From NCBI RefSeq assembly GCF_058153355.1, contig NZ_CM177019.1: a stretch of 64,000 nucleotides of DNA, one strand, 5' to 3'. Under the pieces are notes generated by a model. The model was not told where the DNA came from and did not search any database. It saw only the letters and a list, made by a program, of their open reading frames with translations. Each line of letters begins with the position of its first letter. Position 1 is the stretch's first letter. Positions 45,372 to 62,301 of this stretch are shown in pieces. The position numbers and the translations under genes were made by a program.

Positions 45372-45682
45372 ATCCCGTCGAGCATAAAATCTAATGCTCC
45401 TTTAATCAAAGTTCGGTGCGCGCTGGCATCGCAAAATTTCGTTCCCAGCGTGTTAACTGGAACAGTTGCAGTCTCATGCGTCATGAGCACATATTCTTTG
45501 CCGTCTGCCAGTAAAAGGATTGGGTTAAGCCGTTCTGGTGGGCGAATATGGCTAAATCGTTCAATAGGTGTTAATGGAATAACGATACGGCGATTAATCT
45601 CACCAATAATGTCGCTGGTAACATCGATAACAAAGGGAAACGCGGCGTTCCTGCCGCGACTGCGGTATACCGTAAATTGCAT
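45368..45682 (-). CDS. ccdB: CcdB-family toxin homolog (chromosomal ccd system)
   Basis: 104-aa [42 protein letters not shown]...[10 protein letters not shown]; collinear with F-plasmid CcdB (MQFKVY...RRMVIPLA...LMFWGI) from memory; located 2 nt downstream of ccdA in the folA-apaH gap. Confidence 0.85.
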
Positions 45683-45684
45683 CG

Positions 45685-45918
45685 CTAGAAGCTCCGGTAC
45701 TCATCAGAGAAACATCCGGTTTCATCAGCCAATTGATTTAACGCAGCAATAGCTTCTGCGTTCTCTTCACGCCAACGTGTTGCTGCATGTTTTTTAAGTT
45801 CAGCATTGAGCGCAACCGTAAGGGTGGCGCTCATATTTAAGCCTGCATCACGAGCGCGATTGACTAACTCACGGTCGACGGTGACGGTCACACTTTGTGT
45901 GGTACGTTTTGCAGTCAT
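45685..45918 (-). CDS. ccdA: CcdA-family antitoxin homolog
   Basis: 77-aa ORF MTAKRTTQSVTVTVDRELVNRARDAGLNMSATLTVALNAELKKHAATRWREENAEAIAALNQLADETGCFSDEYRSF; resembles F-plasmid CcdA (ITVTVD..., RWKAEN...); GGAG Shine-Dalgarno; upstream region contains a GTATAC palindrome. Confidence 0.85.
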   Translation of the reverse strand: MTAKRTTQSVTVTVDRELVNRARDAGLNMSATLTVALNAELKKHAATRWREENAEAIAALNQLADETGCFSDEYRSF

Positions 45919-46003
45919 GATATCGTGCTCCTGTACAATTTATACGTCTAGTATACACGGATATCTGCACATATCAGTGATGCCGGAATTCTAATATACA
46001 AAC

Positions 46004-48529
<2,526 letters not shown>

Positions 48530-48537
<8 letters not shown>

Positions 48538-49060
48538 GATATGCCTCCTGCCATTCCAGCAGACGTTGCTTATAATGACGCGCCTGCCCTTCGAGGGTTT
48601 CGTCGTCACAAATAAAGGTGCAGTGCATAGCAAACGGAGGCAGCCAGTTCAGCCCGCAGTAGATTGCCGTCGCCTGTAGCGGCTGCGACAGCACATCAAA
48701 GCCCGGATGCGCGCCAATCTCAAAATGACTTTCCCCGCCGCCGGTCGTCACCGCCCACAGCAAATGTTTACCATGCAGTGCCGTGCCGCCGTGACCGTAA
48801 GCCCAGCCGTGCGAGAAGACTTTATCGATCCAAAGTTTAAGGAGCGGAGGAATGCTGTACCACTGCATCGGGTGCTGCCAGACGATCAGGTCGGCGCGAG
48901 ACAACGCCTCCTGCTCGGCAGCAATATCGATATTGAAGTCAGGATAGAGTTGATAAAGAGAGCGAACTTCGACGCCTTCCAGCGTCCTTGCGTGTTCAAG
49001 CATCCGTTTATTCGCATGAGAATGATGCGGATACGGATGCGCATAAATTATGAGGATCAT
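48530..49060 (-). CDS. kefF: KefC ancillary quinone oxidoreductase KefF
   Basis: 176-aa ORF starting [53 protein letters not shown]; 8-nt overlap with kefC. Confidence 0.95.
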
Positions 49061-49167
49061 AGTTAACTCGCGTGTTTACGCCTTTGTTTTCCCACAAAGT
49101 GTAGTCACATATTCACGCAGCTAATAGTCAATAATATTGATTCAAAAAAGGCAGAAATCTGAATAAA

Positions 49168-50499
49168 TTACCCCATTCGTTGCCTGCGAATCGTCATATT
49201 GCTGGTCTGGGCCAGCGACATCCCCCGTGTCTCTGGCGCAAACGCAATGGAAATCAACAAACCAAACAGCGAGATACCTGCTCCCATCAGCATCGTATTA
49301 CTGATGCCGTAATTATTGATAAAGATCGGCAGCGCCCAGGTTGAAACAATGGTGCCAATACGGCTTAAGGACATAATAACGCCCACAGCAGAGGCGCGGA
49401 TATCCGTCGGGAAGAGTTCATTAGGATAGAGCCACTGCAAATTACCCGGCCCACCAGAGAAAAAGGCATACACCGCAAATGCCATCACTACCAGCCAGAT
49501 CCCCATATCCGGGATCAGCCCCAAAACCGCCAACGCCAGCGTCATCATGGCAAAGCTGCCAATCAACAACGGACGCCGTCCGGCAGTGTTTAGCCACAGC
49601 ATCGGCGGAATACAGCCGAGCATAAAGAACAGGCTAATCACCACGTTCCCCAGTGCCGCGTTTTTGCCAACCCCCAATCCCAGCAGACCAACGATTTGCG
49701 GGCCAAAGGTGTAAATAGCGAACATTGGGATCACCTGGCAGGTCCAGATGGCGGCAACAAACAGAACAAAAGGAAAATGGCGGCGATTAAACAGATCGCG
49801 AAAACGGGTTTGCTGCGGCTGCTCTTCCTCGAAAGCCACCGGTTCGCCAAACAGTTTGATCATCATCTCTTCGCACTCTTTTACTCGCCCTTTGCGTAAC
49901 AACCAGCGGGGAGATTCAGGCAGTTCGAATCGACCAATCAAAATCAACAAACAGGGAATCGCTGCGCTACCCAGCATCCAGCGCCAGCCGCCTTCCACAT
50001 CATAAAGCCAATAGCCGACCAAATCGGCGCAGGTCGCGCCGACATACCACATCGCGGCGATAAAGCTGATGGAAAACGCCCGCTGACGGGTACTGGAGAA
50101 CTCAGTGATCATCGAAGTCGCGATGGGATAATCCGCACCGATGACAATGCCGATGAGTACCCGCATCACTAACAGTTCGACGGGGGATGAGACAAACATC
50201 GTCGCCACCGATATCACACCGATGGCGATGATATCGATGAGGAACATTTTGCGCCGTCCGACTTTATCGGAGATATAGCCAAACAGCGATGTGCCAACGA
50301 ACAGCCCGGCGAGCGTTCCCGCCCCCAGCAAGCCAATCCAGTCTGCGTCCAGCTTCAGCGCAGGAGTCAGTTGCTCCAGCGCCACGCCAATCATTACCAG
50401 TACATAACCATCCAGAAACGGGCCACCGCTTCCCCACAGCAAAATGCGGCGGTGAATTGAGGAGAATTTGAGATCGTCAAAGTTTCTGGACGATTGCAT
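49168..50499 (-). CDS. yaaU: MFS transporter YaaU
   Basis: 443-aa 12-TM MFS-type ORF starting MQSSRNFDDLKFSSIHRRILLWGSGGPFLDGYVLVMIGVALEQL; between kefF and fixX. Confidence 0.9.
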   Translation of the reverse strand: MQSSRNFDDLKFSSIHRRILLWGSGGPFLDGYVLVMIGVALEQLTPALKLDADWIGLLGAGTLAGLFVGTSLFGYISDKVGRRKMFLIDIIAIGVISVATMFVSSPVELLVMRVLIGIVIGADYPIATSMITEFSSTRQRAFSISFIAAMWYVGATCADLVGYWLYDVEGGWRWMLGSAAIPCLLILIGRFELPESPRWLLRKGRVKECEEMMIKLFGEPVAFEEEQPQQTRFRDLFNRRHFPFVLFVAAIWTCQVIPMFAIYTFGPQIVGLLGLGVGKNAALGNVVISLFFMLGCIPPMLWLNTAGRRPLLIGSFAMMTLALAVLGLIPDMGIWLVVMAFAVYAFFSGGPGNLQWLYPNELFPTDIRASAVGVIMSLSRIGTIVSTWALPIFINNYGISNTMLMGAGISLFGLLISIAFAPETRGMSLAQTSNMTIRRQRMG

Positions 50500-50557
50500 G
50501 GGTTATTCCTGTTTTTTTACAATGAGAGTCAGTACGGCGTTACGTATCAAACCAACA

Positions 50558-50845
50558 TCAGCCGTAACGAAACTCCACACCAAAGGTGCCGCGCGGGTAT
50601 TCCCACTGTTCCAGCGCCGACCCCAGCCCCAGAATGCGACAGGTGCCACACTCCAGACATCCGGCGTAATCGAAACGCACGCTGCCGTCATCCTGCTTCT
50701 TATACAGACCTGCGGGGCACGCTTTCACCAGCAGCTCCAGCGCCTGTTTATCCGCATCGGCCTTTACAACAATGTGCGGATGCTCTTCATCGACATTGAA
50801 TTTATTGACGCCCAGTTTGACGTCCACATTGACGGGAGAAGTCAT
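50558..50845 (-). CDS. fixX: Ferredoxin-like protein FixX
   Basis: 95-aa ORF starting MTSPVNVDVKLGVNKFNVDEEHPHIVVKADADKQ with Cys motifs (CPAGLY..., CLECGTC). Confidence 0.95.
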   Translation of the reverse strand: MTSPVNVDVKLGVNKFNVDEEHPHIVVKADADKQALELLVKACPAGLYKKQDDGSVRFDYAGCLECGTCRILGLGSALEQWEYPRGTFGVEFRYG

Positions 50846-52128
50846 AAAACGGTCACTCCTTTCATGCCATCCTTGATCAGATTGATGAAGCCCACTTTCT
50901 TGCCGTGGCGGAGGATTTTCTTGCGCATCAGTTCCGGCGCACTGCCGTCAATGGTGAACAGGTCACGCGCCACACCCACCGCCAGTTCCGGGTAGCCGCT
51001 AAACATGCGTGGGTTATCAAGGAACGCCGGTAGTTTCTGGTACATACGCATATCGCGCAGCGGGCCACTCTCAAGATGCTGACGATATTCCGCCAGTTTT
51101 TGCTTACTAAAATCGTCGCTTTTCATCGCTGAAAGCACGGTTTTTGCAGCAGCTTCCCCGGCGGCAATCGCCAGATCCATACCGCGAATAGTAAAACCGA
51201 GGTTCATACACATTCCGGCAGCATCACCGGCAATCAACACGCCGTCACCGACCAGCTCCGGCAACATGTTGATGCCTGCTTCCGGCACTACGTGAGCGGA
51301 ATATTCCACCAGCTTGCCACCCGCGATCAGCGGTGCAACGGCCGGATGCTGTTTGAAATCTTCCAGCATTTGCGGCACCGATTTTTTTGCGTCATGTAGA
51401 TGATGCAGACCGCAAACCAGCCCCAGCGACAGGGTATTTTCATTGGTATAAAGGAAGCCGCCGCCCATCAGGCCATCAGTAGGTGATCCCGCAAACAGGC
51501 AAGCCGCCCCCTGATTACCCTGCAACTGAAAACGGTCTTCGATAACCGACTTCGGTAACTCGATCAGTTCCTTCACGCCAACCGCCACATCCGTCGGTTT
51601 GACGCGTTTTGCCATCCCCAGCTTTTCGGCAAGGATGGAATTCACCCCGTCAGCAAGGATCACCGTTTTCGCTTCAATCACATCGCCATCGGCTTCTACG
51701 CCGACAACTTTGCCATCGCGCTGTACGAGGTTATCGACGCGGATCCCGGTAATTAACTGCGCGCCCGCCTCTTCGGCCTGCTCCATCAACCAGGCATCAA
51801 ATTTACTGCGCAAAACGGAGTAAGAACGCTGGGATGGCGAGGTTTCGTCGCCATTGCAGTAGTCCATGGTCATCGCTGACTTTTCCGTCATAAACGCGAG
51901 TTTTTCATGGGTGATCAGGCGTTCTACGGGGGCGGATTCGGCGAAACCAGGAATAATGTGTTCCAGACTGTGGGCATAGAGACGCCCGCCGGTGACGTTC
52001 TTGGCACCTGCGGAATTGCCACGCTCGATGACTAACACTTGCGCCCCTTCGCGGGCGAGCACCAGTGCGGCAACCGAACCGGCAAGCCCAGCACCGACGA
52101 TGATGGCGTCAAAGATATCTTCGGACAT
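50842..52128 (-). CDS. fixC: Electron-transfer flavoprotein-quinone oxidoreductase-like FixC
   Basis: 428-aa ORF starting MSEDIFDAIIVGAGLAGSVAALVLAREGAQVLVIERGNSAGAKN (FAD-binding GxGxxG). Confidence 0.96.
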   Translation of the reverse strand: MSEDIFDAIIVGAGLAGSVAALVLAREGAQVLVIERGNSAGAKNVTGGRLYAHSLEHIIPGFAESAPVERLITHEKLAFMTEKSAMTMDYCNGDETSPSQRSYSVLRSKFDAWLMEQAEEAGAQLITGIRVDNLVQRDGKVVGVEADGDVIEAKTVILADGVNSILAEKLGMAKRVKPTDVAVGVKELIELPKSVIEDRFQLQGNQGAACLFAGSPTDGLMGGGFLYTNENTLSLGLVCGLHHLHDAKKSVPQMLEDFKQHPAVAPLIAGGKLVEYSAHVVPEAGINMLPELVGDGVLIAGDAAGMCMNLGFTIRGMDLAIAAGEAAAKTVLSAMKSDDFSKQKLAEYRQHLESGPLRDMRMYQKLPAFLDNPRMFSGYPELAVGVARDLFTIDGSAPELMRKKILRHGKKVGFINLIKDGMKGVTVL

Positions 52129-52178
52129 AAGAGCTCCCTGTCAGCGGCAGGGCCAAAATGCAGCCCTGCCAGAGTGGA

Positions 52179-53120
52179 TCAACGCGCAAAAGCTGCGGTC
52201 AGTGCCGGAAGGATCTTCACGGCGTCGCCAACAATGCCGTAATCCGCGTACTGGAAGATCGGCGCATTTTTATCTTTGTTGATGGCGAAAATGGTTTGCG
52301 ATGCGTTAGCGCCAACCATGTGCTGGATCTGCCCGGAGATCCCCACCGCCAGGTACAATTCAGGTTTCAGCATCAGATTGGAGATACCGACATAGCGTTC
52401 GTGCTCCATCCATTTTTCGTTTTCTGCCACCGGACGAGAACAGGCCAACTCCGCACCTATCGCCTTACAAAGCTGTTCTGCCAGCGCAATGTTCTCTTTG
52501 CTGCCAATGCCGCGACCGACGCTGACCACCAGACGAGCTTTATCGAGATCGACGCTGTTGCTCTGGCGCGCCTGGGTTGCCGTGCGGGTAATCGCCACCG
52601 CCGGAGCCTGCCACGCCACGGTGTGTGTTTCGCCAGTACGTGACGCGTCTGGCTGAGCCGCATCAAACGTGCCGCTGCTGATGGTCAGTACCGCATACGG
52701 CGTGGCAATGCGTTCTTCGCCAATCGCCAGACCGCCGTAAACCATGTGTTTCACTGTCGCTTTACCGTCCTGCACGCTAACGGCGCTGGCATCGTTCGAA
52801 ACCGCCGCTTTAAGGCGGTAACCCAGTTTTGCCGCCAGTAATTTGCCGCGACGGGTATTCGGCAACAGCACCAGACCGTCTGCGCCGTGCTGGCGAATAG
52901 TGTCAGCCATGACACCGGCGTAATCTTCGATCATCCGATCGTCCGGTTTGCCGCTTAATGTCCAGACATGATTAGCACCAAGCTGGATTGCCAGTGCGCC
53001 GTCGGCATCATTGAGGACAAAGGTGTTGATTTGATTAGCTAAAGCCTGCGCACCGTTCATCAGTTCCGGCAGACGAGAAGGGGTATCGCTGAATACCCAG
53101 ACTTGAGAAAACGTGTTCAT
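52179..53120 (-). CDS. fixB: Electron transfer flavoprotein alpha-subunit homolog FixB
   Basis: 313-aa ORF starting [44 protein letters not shown]. Confidence 0.96.
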   Translation of the reverse strand: MNTFSQVWVFSDTPSRLPELMNGAQALANQINTFVLNDADGALAIQLGANHVWTLSGKPDDRMIEDYAGVMADTIRQHGADGLVLLPNTRRGKLLAAKLGYRLKAAVSNDASAVSVQDGKATVKHMVYGGLAIGEERIATPYAVLTISSGTFDAAQPDASRTGETHTVAWQAPAVAITRTATQARQSNSVDLDKARLVVSVGRGIGSKENIALAEQLCKAIGAELACSRPVAENEKWMEHERYVGISNLMLKPELYLAVGISGQIQHMVGANASQTIFAINKDKNAPIFQYADYGIVGDAVKILPALTAAFAR

Positions 53121-53134
53121 AGCATCCCCTGTAA

Positions 53135-53905
53135 TTAAATGACTTTGCGAAGATTTTCAGCAAATGCGGCGATCTGTTCTTCGCCGTCGCCTTCAATCAC
53201 GATGCGCTGACGCTCGCGCTGTTTCGGTGCGGCAACCTGTTGTTCAGACCAGGCTTCCACGGCGTTAAAGCCAATATCCGCCGCCGACCATACCTGGACT
53301 GGCTTTTTCGCCGCGCCGAGAATGGCTTTCATCGAAGGAATTTGTGGGGAATTGATATCAGTGGAAACAGCAACAACCGCAGGCAGCGGAATGCTTAAGG
53401 TTTCTGTTTCATCTTCCAGTTCGCGCTCAACGGTGAGGGTATCTGCCGTCAGGGAGATAATTTTGCTGACACCGTTAACTGCCGGAATATTGAGGATTTC
53501 GCCCACCAGCAGACCAACCTGCTGGGCATAAAGGTCGGAAGAACCATCGCCACAAAGGATCAAATCAAAGCCTGCTTTCTGGGCGGCAGCAGCCAGTGCG
53601 GTCGCCGTTTGTTGCGGCAGTGCCTGCTCGAACTGGTCATCAATCACCACAATCAGTTCATCCGGGCCGCGCGATAGCACATCTTTACGCCCTTTGGCGT
53701 TGGTCAGGGCTTTACCGCCCACACTTAAGGCCGTCACCTGCGCCTCTGCTGCCTGTTGCTTTAGCTGGCAAGCCGCTTCAATAGCGTTGAGATCGTATTG
53801 GCTTATTTTGGCATCGGCTTTACTGAAGTCTAACGAACCATCAGCATTATTGACCGCAATATCCTGTTCATCAGGCACGCACTTATAGCAAGTAATAATC
53901 TTCAT
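53135..53905 (-). CDS. fixA: Electron transfer flavoprotein beta-subunit homolog FixA
   Basis: Canonical start [45 protein letters not shown] (256 aa); the ORF-track entry is over-extended. Confidence 0.95.
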   Translation of the reverse strand: MKIITCYKCVPDEQDIAVNNADGSLDFSKADAKISQYDLNAIEAACQLKQQAAEAQVTALSVGGKALTNAKGRKDVLSRGPDELIVVIDDQFEQALPQQTATALAAAAQKAGFDLILCGDGSSDLYAQQVGLLVGEILNIPAVNGVSKIISLTADTLTVERELEDETETLSIPLPAVVAVSTDINSPQIPSMKAILGAAKKPVQVWSAADIGFNAVEAWSEQQVAAPKQRERQRIVIEGDGEEQIAAFAENLRKVI

Positions 53906-55893
<1,988 letters not shown>

Positions 55894-55923
55894 TTAACCC
55901 ACAAAATATCAAGAGGTTGAAAG

Positions 55924-57066
55924 ATGGATTTTAATTTAAATGATGAGCAGGAACTGTTTGTCGCCGGTATCCGCGAACTGATGGCCAGCGAAAACTGGGA
56001 GGCCTATTTTGCCGAGTGCGACCGTGACAGCGTCTACCCGGAACGTTTTGTCAAAGCACTGGCAGATATGGGTATCGACAGCCTGCTTATCCCGGAAGAG
56101 CACGGCGGGCTGGACGCAGGTTTTGTCACCCTCGCCGCCGTGTGGATGGAATTGGGTCGTTTGGGGGCACCAACCTACGTGCTGTACCAGTTGCCGGGTG
56201 GATTCAACACCTTCCTGCGCGAAGGCACACAAGAGCAGATCGACAAGATTATGGCGTTTCGTGGTACTGGTAAGCAGATGTGGAACTCAGCGATTACCGA
56301 ACCAGGGGCTGGCTCTGACGTGGGTAGCCTGAAAACGACTTATACCCGTAGAAATGGTAAGATTTATCTTAATGGTAGTAAGTGTTTTATTACCAGCAGC
56401 GCCTACACCCCGTACATCGTGGTGATGGCGCGTGACGGGGCTTCTCCGGACAAACCTGTCTACACCGAATGGTTTGTTGATATGAGCAAACCGGGCATCA
56501 AAGTGACCAAACTTGAGAAGCTCGGTCTGCGTATGGATAGCTGCTGTGAAATCACCTTTGACGATGTGGAACTGGACGAGAAAGACATGTTCGGTCGGGA
56601 AGGTAACGGCTTTAACCGCGTCAAAGAAGAGTTCGATCATGAACGTTTCCTGGTAGCTCTCACCAACTACGGTACGGCGATGTGCGCCTTTGAAGATGCG
56701 GCGCGCTACGCCAACCAGCGCGTACAGTTTGGCGAGGCTATTGGTCGTTTCCAGTTGATTCAGGAAAAATTCGCCCACATGGCGATCAAATTAAACTCCA
56801 TGAAAAACATGCTGTATGAAGCAGCGTGGAAAGCAGACAACGGCACCATCACCTCTGGCGATGCAGCGATGTGCAAATACTTCTGCGCCAATGCGGCATT
56901 TGAAGTGGTGGATAGCGCAATGCAGGTGCTGGGCGGTGTCGGGATTGCGGGCAACCACCGCATCAGCCGCTTCTGGCGTGACCTGCGTGTAGACCGCGTT
57001 TCCGGAGGATCTGACGAAATGCAGATCCTGACGCTGGGTCGCGCGGTGCTGAAGCAATACCGCTAA
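55924..57066 (+). CDS. caiA: Crotonobetainyl-CoA reductase CaiA
   Basis: 380-aa acyl-CoA dehydrogenase-family ORF starting [52 protein letters not shown]. Confidence 0.97.
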
Positions 57067-57076
57067 GTCCGTGCGC

Positions 57077-57165
57077 TGCCTGATGCGACGCTGACGCGTC
57101 TTATCAGGCCTACGGGAGCACGAATGTCGGCCGGATAAAGCGTTTACGCCGCATCCGGCAGTCAT
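57077..57165. repeat. REP elements between caiA and caiB
   Basis: GCCTGATGCGACGCTGACGCGTCTTATCAGGCCTAC ... GTCGGCCGGATAAAGCGTTTACGCCGCATCCGGCAG. Confidence 0.85.
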
Positions 57166-57176
57166 GCGCTACATAA

Positions 57177-58412
<1,236 letters not shown>

Positions 58413-58484
58413 ACGCGTGGCGTCAGTCGGCTTGTCTGACTAGCGCCCGCCCAATAACAAATGACTAAAATGGATAGAGGTGCA

Positions 58485-60038
58485 ATGGATATCATTGGCG
58501 GACAACATCTTCGTCAAATGTGGGACGATCTGGCTGACATTTACGGTCATAAAACGGCGTTGATTTGTGAATCCAGCGGCGGAGTCGTTAACCGGTACAG
58601 TTATCTTGAGTTAAATCAGGAAATTAACCGCACGGCAAACCTGTTTTATACGCTGGGGATTCGCAAAGGCGACAAGGTTGCTCTACATCTCGACAACTGC
58701 CCGGAATTTATCTTTTGCTGGTTCGGGCTGGTAAAAATTGGCGCAATTATGGTGCCGATTAACGCCCGCCTGTTGCGCGAAGAAAGCGCGTGGATCCTGC
58801 AAAATAGCCAGGCGTGCCTGCTGGTGACCAGTGCGCAGTTCTATCCCATGTATCAACAGATTCAGCAGGAAGATGCCACGCAACTGCGGCACATTTGCCT
58901 GACAGATGTGGAGCTTCCCGCTGATGATGGCGTGAGTTCGTTTACTCAACTGAAAAATCAACAACCTGTAACCTTGTGCTATGCACCGCCGCTATCGACT
59001 GACGATACGGCGGAAATTCTCTTTACCTCCGGTACCACTTCCCGGCCGAAAGGGGTGGTGATTACCCATTACAACCTGCGCTTCGCCGGATATTACTCCG
59101 CCTGGCAGTGCGCACTACGTGACGATGACGTCTACCTGACGGTAATGCCTGCATTTCATATCGATTGCCAGTGTACTGCGGCGATGGCGGCATTTTCTGC
59201 CGGAGCCACCTTTGTGCTGGTCGAGAAATACAGCGCCCGCGCCTTCTGGGGACAGGTACAAAAGTACCGCGCCACCGTTACCGAATGCATTCCGATGATG
59301 ATCCGTACCTTGATGGTGCAGCCGCCTTCTGTGAACGATCGGCAACACCATCTGCGGGAAGTGATGTTTTATCTCAACCTGTCGGAGCAGGAAAAAGACG
59401 CATTTTGTGAACGCTTTGGCGTCCGCTTGCTGACGTCTTATGGGATGACGGAAACCATTGTTGGCATTATCGGCGATCGCCCCGGCGATAAACGACGCTG
59501 GCCGTCAATTGGCCGTGCAGGATTTTGCTACGAAGCGGAGATCCGCGACGATCACAATCGTCCGCTCCCGGCTGGTGAAATCGGTGAAATCTGCATTAAA
59601 GGCGTACCAGGGAAAACCATCTTCAAAGAATATTTTCTTAACCCGCAAGCCACTGCCAGAGTCCTGGAAGCCGATGGCTGGCTGCACACTGGCGATACCG
59701 GATACCGCGACGAGGAGGGCTTTTTTTATTTCGTCGATCGCCGCTGCAATATGATCAAACGCGGGGGCGAGAATGTCTCCTGCGTGGAGCTGGAAAATAT
59801 CATCGCCGCGCACCCGAAAATTCAGGATATCGTGGTTGTGGGTATTAAAGATTCGATTCGCGATGAAGCCATCAAAGCGTTTGTGGTGCTGAATGAAGGT
59901 GAAACATTGAGCGAAGAGGAATTTTTCCGCTTCTGCGAACAAAATATGGCGAAATTTAAAGTGCCCTCTTATCTGGAGATCAGAAAAGATCTGCCACGTA
60001 ATTGCTCGGGGAAAATAATTAGAAAGAATCTGAAATAA
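58485..60038 (+). CDS. caiC: Crotonobetaine/carnitine-CoA ligase CaiC
   Basis: Start [33 protein letters not shown] at the ATG at 58485 (517 aa); AMP-binding motif [10 protein letters not shown]. Confidence 0.93.
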   Translation: MDIIGGQHLRQMWDDLADIYGHKTALICESSGGVVNRYSYLELNQEINRTANLFYTLGIRKGDKVALHLDNCPEFIFCWFGLVKIGAIMVPINARLLREESAWILQNSQACLLVTSAQFYPMYQQIQQEDATQLRHICLTDVELPADDGVSSFTQLKNQQPVTLCYAPPLSTDDTAEILFTSGTTSRPKGVVITHYNLRFAGYYSAWQCALRDDDVYLTVMPAFHIDCQCTAAMAAFSAGATFVLVEKYSARAFWGQVQKYRATVTECIPMMIRTLMVQPPSVNDRQHHLREVMFYLNLSEQEKDAFCERFGVRLLTSYGMTETIVGIIGDRPGDKRRWPSIGRAGFCYEAEIRDDHNRPLPAGEIGEICIKGVPGKTIFKEYFLNPQATARVLEADGWLHTGDTGYRDEEGFFYFVDRRCNMIKRGGENVSCVELENIIAAHPKIQDIVVVGIKDSIRDEAIKAFVVLNEGETLSEEEFFRFCEQNMAKFKVPSYLEIRKDLPRNCSGKIIRKNLK

Positions 60039-60146
60039 ATGAAACGGCAGGGAACTACCCTGCCCGCTAATAATCACGTTCTAAAACAATATGCATTTTT
60101 TGCAGGGATGTTGTCGTCCCTGAAAAAGCAAAAATGGAGAAAAGGA

Positions 60147-60932
60147 ATGAGTGAATCATTACATCTGACCCGCAATGGATCAATTCTGGAAATTACCCTT
60201 GATCGCCCAAAAGCGAATGCTATTGATGCAAAAACCAGCTTTGAAATGGGCGAAGTATTTCTAAATTTCCGTGACGATCCGCAATTACGTGTCGCCATTA
60301 TTACCGGTGCCGGAGAGAAATTCTTTTCCGCAGGCTGGGATTTAAAGGCGGCAGCAGAAGGCGAAGCACCTGATGCTGACTTTGGCCCGGGTGGTTTTGC
60401 GGGATTAACCGAAATTTTCAATCTCGACAAACCGGTTATCGCAGCTGTGAACGGCTACGCCTTTGGCGGCGGCTTTGAACTGGCACTGGCGGCAGATTTT
60501 ATTGTCTGTGCCGATAACGCCAGCTTCGCCCTGCCGGAAGCCAAACTGGGCATCGTTCCTGACAGCGGCGGTGTGCTGCGTCTGCCGAAGATCCTGCCGC
60601 CTGCTATCGTCAATGAAATGGTGATGACCGGCAGAAGAATGAGCGCAGAAGAGGCGCTGCGTTGGGGGGTAGTCAACCGCGTGGTTAGCCAGGCGGAACT
60701 GATGGATAACGCCCGCGAACTGGCGCAACAACTGGTTGACAGCGCCCCGCTGGCGATCGCAGCGCTGAAAGAGATCTACCGCACCACCAGCGAAATGCCA
60801 GTAGAAGAAGCGTATCGCTATATTCGCAGCGGCGTGTTGAAACACTATCCATCGGTTCTGCATTCGGAAGATGCCATTGAAGGGCCGCTGGCATTTGCCG
60901 AGAAGCGCGATCCTGTGTGGAAAGGACGTTAA
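60147..60932 (+). CDS. caiD: Carnitinyl-CoA dehydratase CaiD
   Basis: Start [38 protein letters not shown] at 60147 (261 aa, enoyl-CoA hydratase family); the ORF-track entry is over-extended. Confidence 0.93.
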   Translation: MSESLHLTRNGSILEITLDRPKANAIDAKTSFEMGEVFLNFRDDPQLRVAIITGAGEKFFSAGWDLKAAAEGEAPDADFGPGGFAGLTEIFNLDKPVIAAVNGYAFGGGFELALAADFIVCADNASFALPEAKLGIVPDSGGVLRLPKILPPAIVNEMVMTGRRMSAEEALRWGVVNRVVSQAELMDNARELAQQLVDSAPLAIAALKEIYRTTSEMPVEEAYRYIRSGVLKHYPSVLHSEDAIEGPLAFAEKRDPVWKGR

Positions 60933-60937
60933 CAACC

Positions 60938-61528
60938 GTGAGCTATTACGCCTTTGAAGGGTTAATTCCGGTGGTTCACCCGACGGCGTTTGTCCATCCC
61001 AGTGCAGTATTGATTGGCGATGTGATTGTGGGAGCCGGTGTCTACATCGGCCCACTCGCCTCACTGCGTGGTGATTACGGGCGGTTGATCGTGCAAGCGG
61101 GAGCCAATATTCAGGATGGCTGCATTATGCATGGCTACTGCGACACTGACACCATCGTTGGGGAAAACGGCCATATCGGGCACGGAGCGATCCTGCATGG
61201 TTGTGTGATTGGTCGCGATGCATTGGTCGGGATGAACAGCGTGATTATGGATGGCGCGGTCATTGGCGAAGAGAGCATTGTTGCCGCCATGAGCTTTGTC
61301 AAAGCAGGCTTTAGCGGCGAGAAACGCCAGTTGTTGATGGGTACGCCTGCCCGCGCTGTACGCAGTGTTAGTGACGACGAGTTACACTGGAAGCAGTTGA
61401 ATACCAAAGAGTATCAGGATCTTGTCGGCCGCTGCCATGTAGCGTTACATGAAACGCAGCCGTTGAGACAAATGGAGGAAAATCGTCCCCGTTTGCAGGG
61501 GACGACGGATGTGGCGCCAAAGCAGTGA
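60938..61528 (+). CDS. caiE: Carnitine operon protein CaiE (hexapeptide-repeat transferase-like)
   Basis: GTG start giving [39 protein letters not shown] (196 aa). Confidence 0.9.
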   Translation: MSYYAFEGLIPVVHPTAFVHPSAVLIGDVIVGAGVYIGPLASLRGDYGRLIVQAGANIQDGCIMHGYCDTDTIVGENGHIGHGAILHGCVIGRDALVGMNSVIMDGAVIGEESIVAAMSFVKAGFSGEKRQLLMGTPARAVRSVSDDELHWKQLNTKEYQDLVGRCHVALHETQPLRQMEENRPRLQGTTDVAPKQ

Positions 61529-61531
61529 CAT

Positions 61532-61612
61532 CGTCGGATGCGGCGTAAACACCTTATCCGACCTGACTGGAGAGCAACCGTAGGCCGGATAAGATGCCAG
61601 CATCGCATCCGG
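61532..61612. repeat. REP elements between caiE and caiF
   Basis: GTCGGATGCGGCGTAAACACCTTATCCGACC ... GTAGGCCGGATAAGATGCCAGCATCGCATCCGGCAA. Confidence 0.85.
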
Positions 61613-61644
61613 CAACCAGACCGCACGGTATCAACGAAATTAAA

Positions 61645-62040
61645 TTAACGACGCATACTCTTCGACAACATCATTTGCCACTTCTGCTCGCGGTTAAGTT
61701 CCGTGAGTGGAACGGCAGGAATACGCGGTGTCTTTCTGACACCGACGACTTTTTCCCGACTGTTATTGCGCAGGCGCGCGTAAATTTGCTCATCGATATC
61801 GATCACTTTAACCAGCCGCTGGCACTGGCATCCCCGCCCTTCCAGCTTATTAGGGATCATCTTAACTTCGCAGCTTATTTCTGCGACTTCCGACAGAATA
61901 TAAGTGAGGGTATTAACCGCCTTGCTGTGTTCAATATCGAAATGAATAGAGATCTCTCTTGCTATCACCCACCGATTTTCAGCCATCATCCATTCGGCGA
62001 TTAACAAGTAGAGTGGTTTTTCAACATATCCTTCACACAT
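61645..62040 (-). CDS. caiF: Transcriptional activator CaiF
   Basis: Canonical start MCEGYVEKPLYLLIAEWMMAENRWVIAREISIHFDIEHSKAVNTLTYIL (131 aa); the ORF-track 166-aa version is over-extended. Confidence 0.93.
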   Translation of the reverse strand: MCEGYVEKPLYLLIAEWMMAENRWVIAREISIHFDIEHSKAVNTLTYILSEVAEISCEVKMIPNKLEGRGCQCQRLVKVIDIDEQIYARLRNNSREKVVGVRKTPRIPAVPLTELNREQKWQMMLSKSMRR

Positions 62041-62217
62041 ACGAACTCCAGTTTCACAAATTAAAAGTCTGGCTATGACTCGTTTTGAAGCAATTAAACA
62101 AGGCCATATTAAAATTGTGGATATATCGATAGTATGCAACTTCACCGTCGATAAGTGTGAGCTAAATCCTGCTTATGTCATCAAAAATATCGATTCCCCA
62201 AAAGATTTACTTAATGG

Positions 62218-62252
62218 GCAAAAAAAAACGGTCCTCATCAGAGAACCGTATT
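62218..62252 (-). terminator. carB rho-independent terminator
   Basis: The minus strand reads ACGGTTCTCTGATGAGGACCGTTTTTTTTTGCCC, about 50 nt downstream of the carB stop. Confidence 0.7.
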
Positions 62253-62301
62253 AGTTATTCGATCAAATTAGCGGATGAAAAATATTCGCCATGACACGCT
62301 A

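Noticed and set aside
45919-46003. Possible CcdA operator made of GTATAC palindromes upstream of ccdA
   Set aside because: Only one exact GTATAC plus TATAC-like half-sites are present; this is too little to call discrete operator sites without footprinting, so it is mentioned only within the ccdA evidence.
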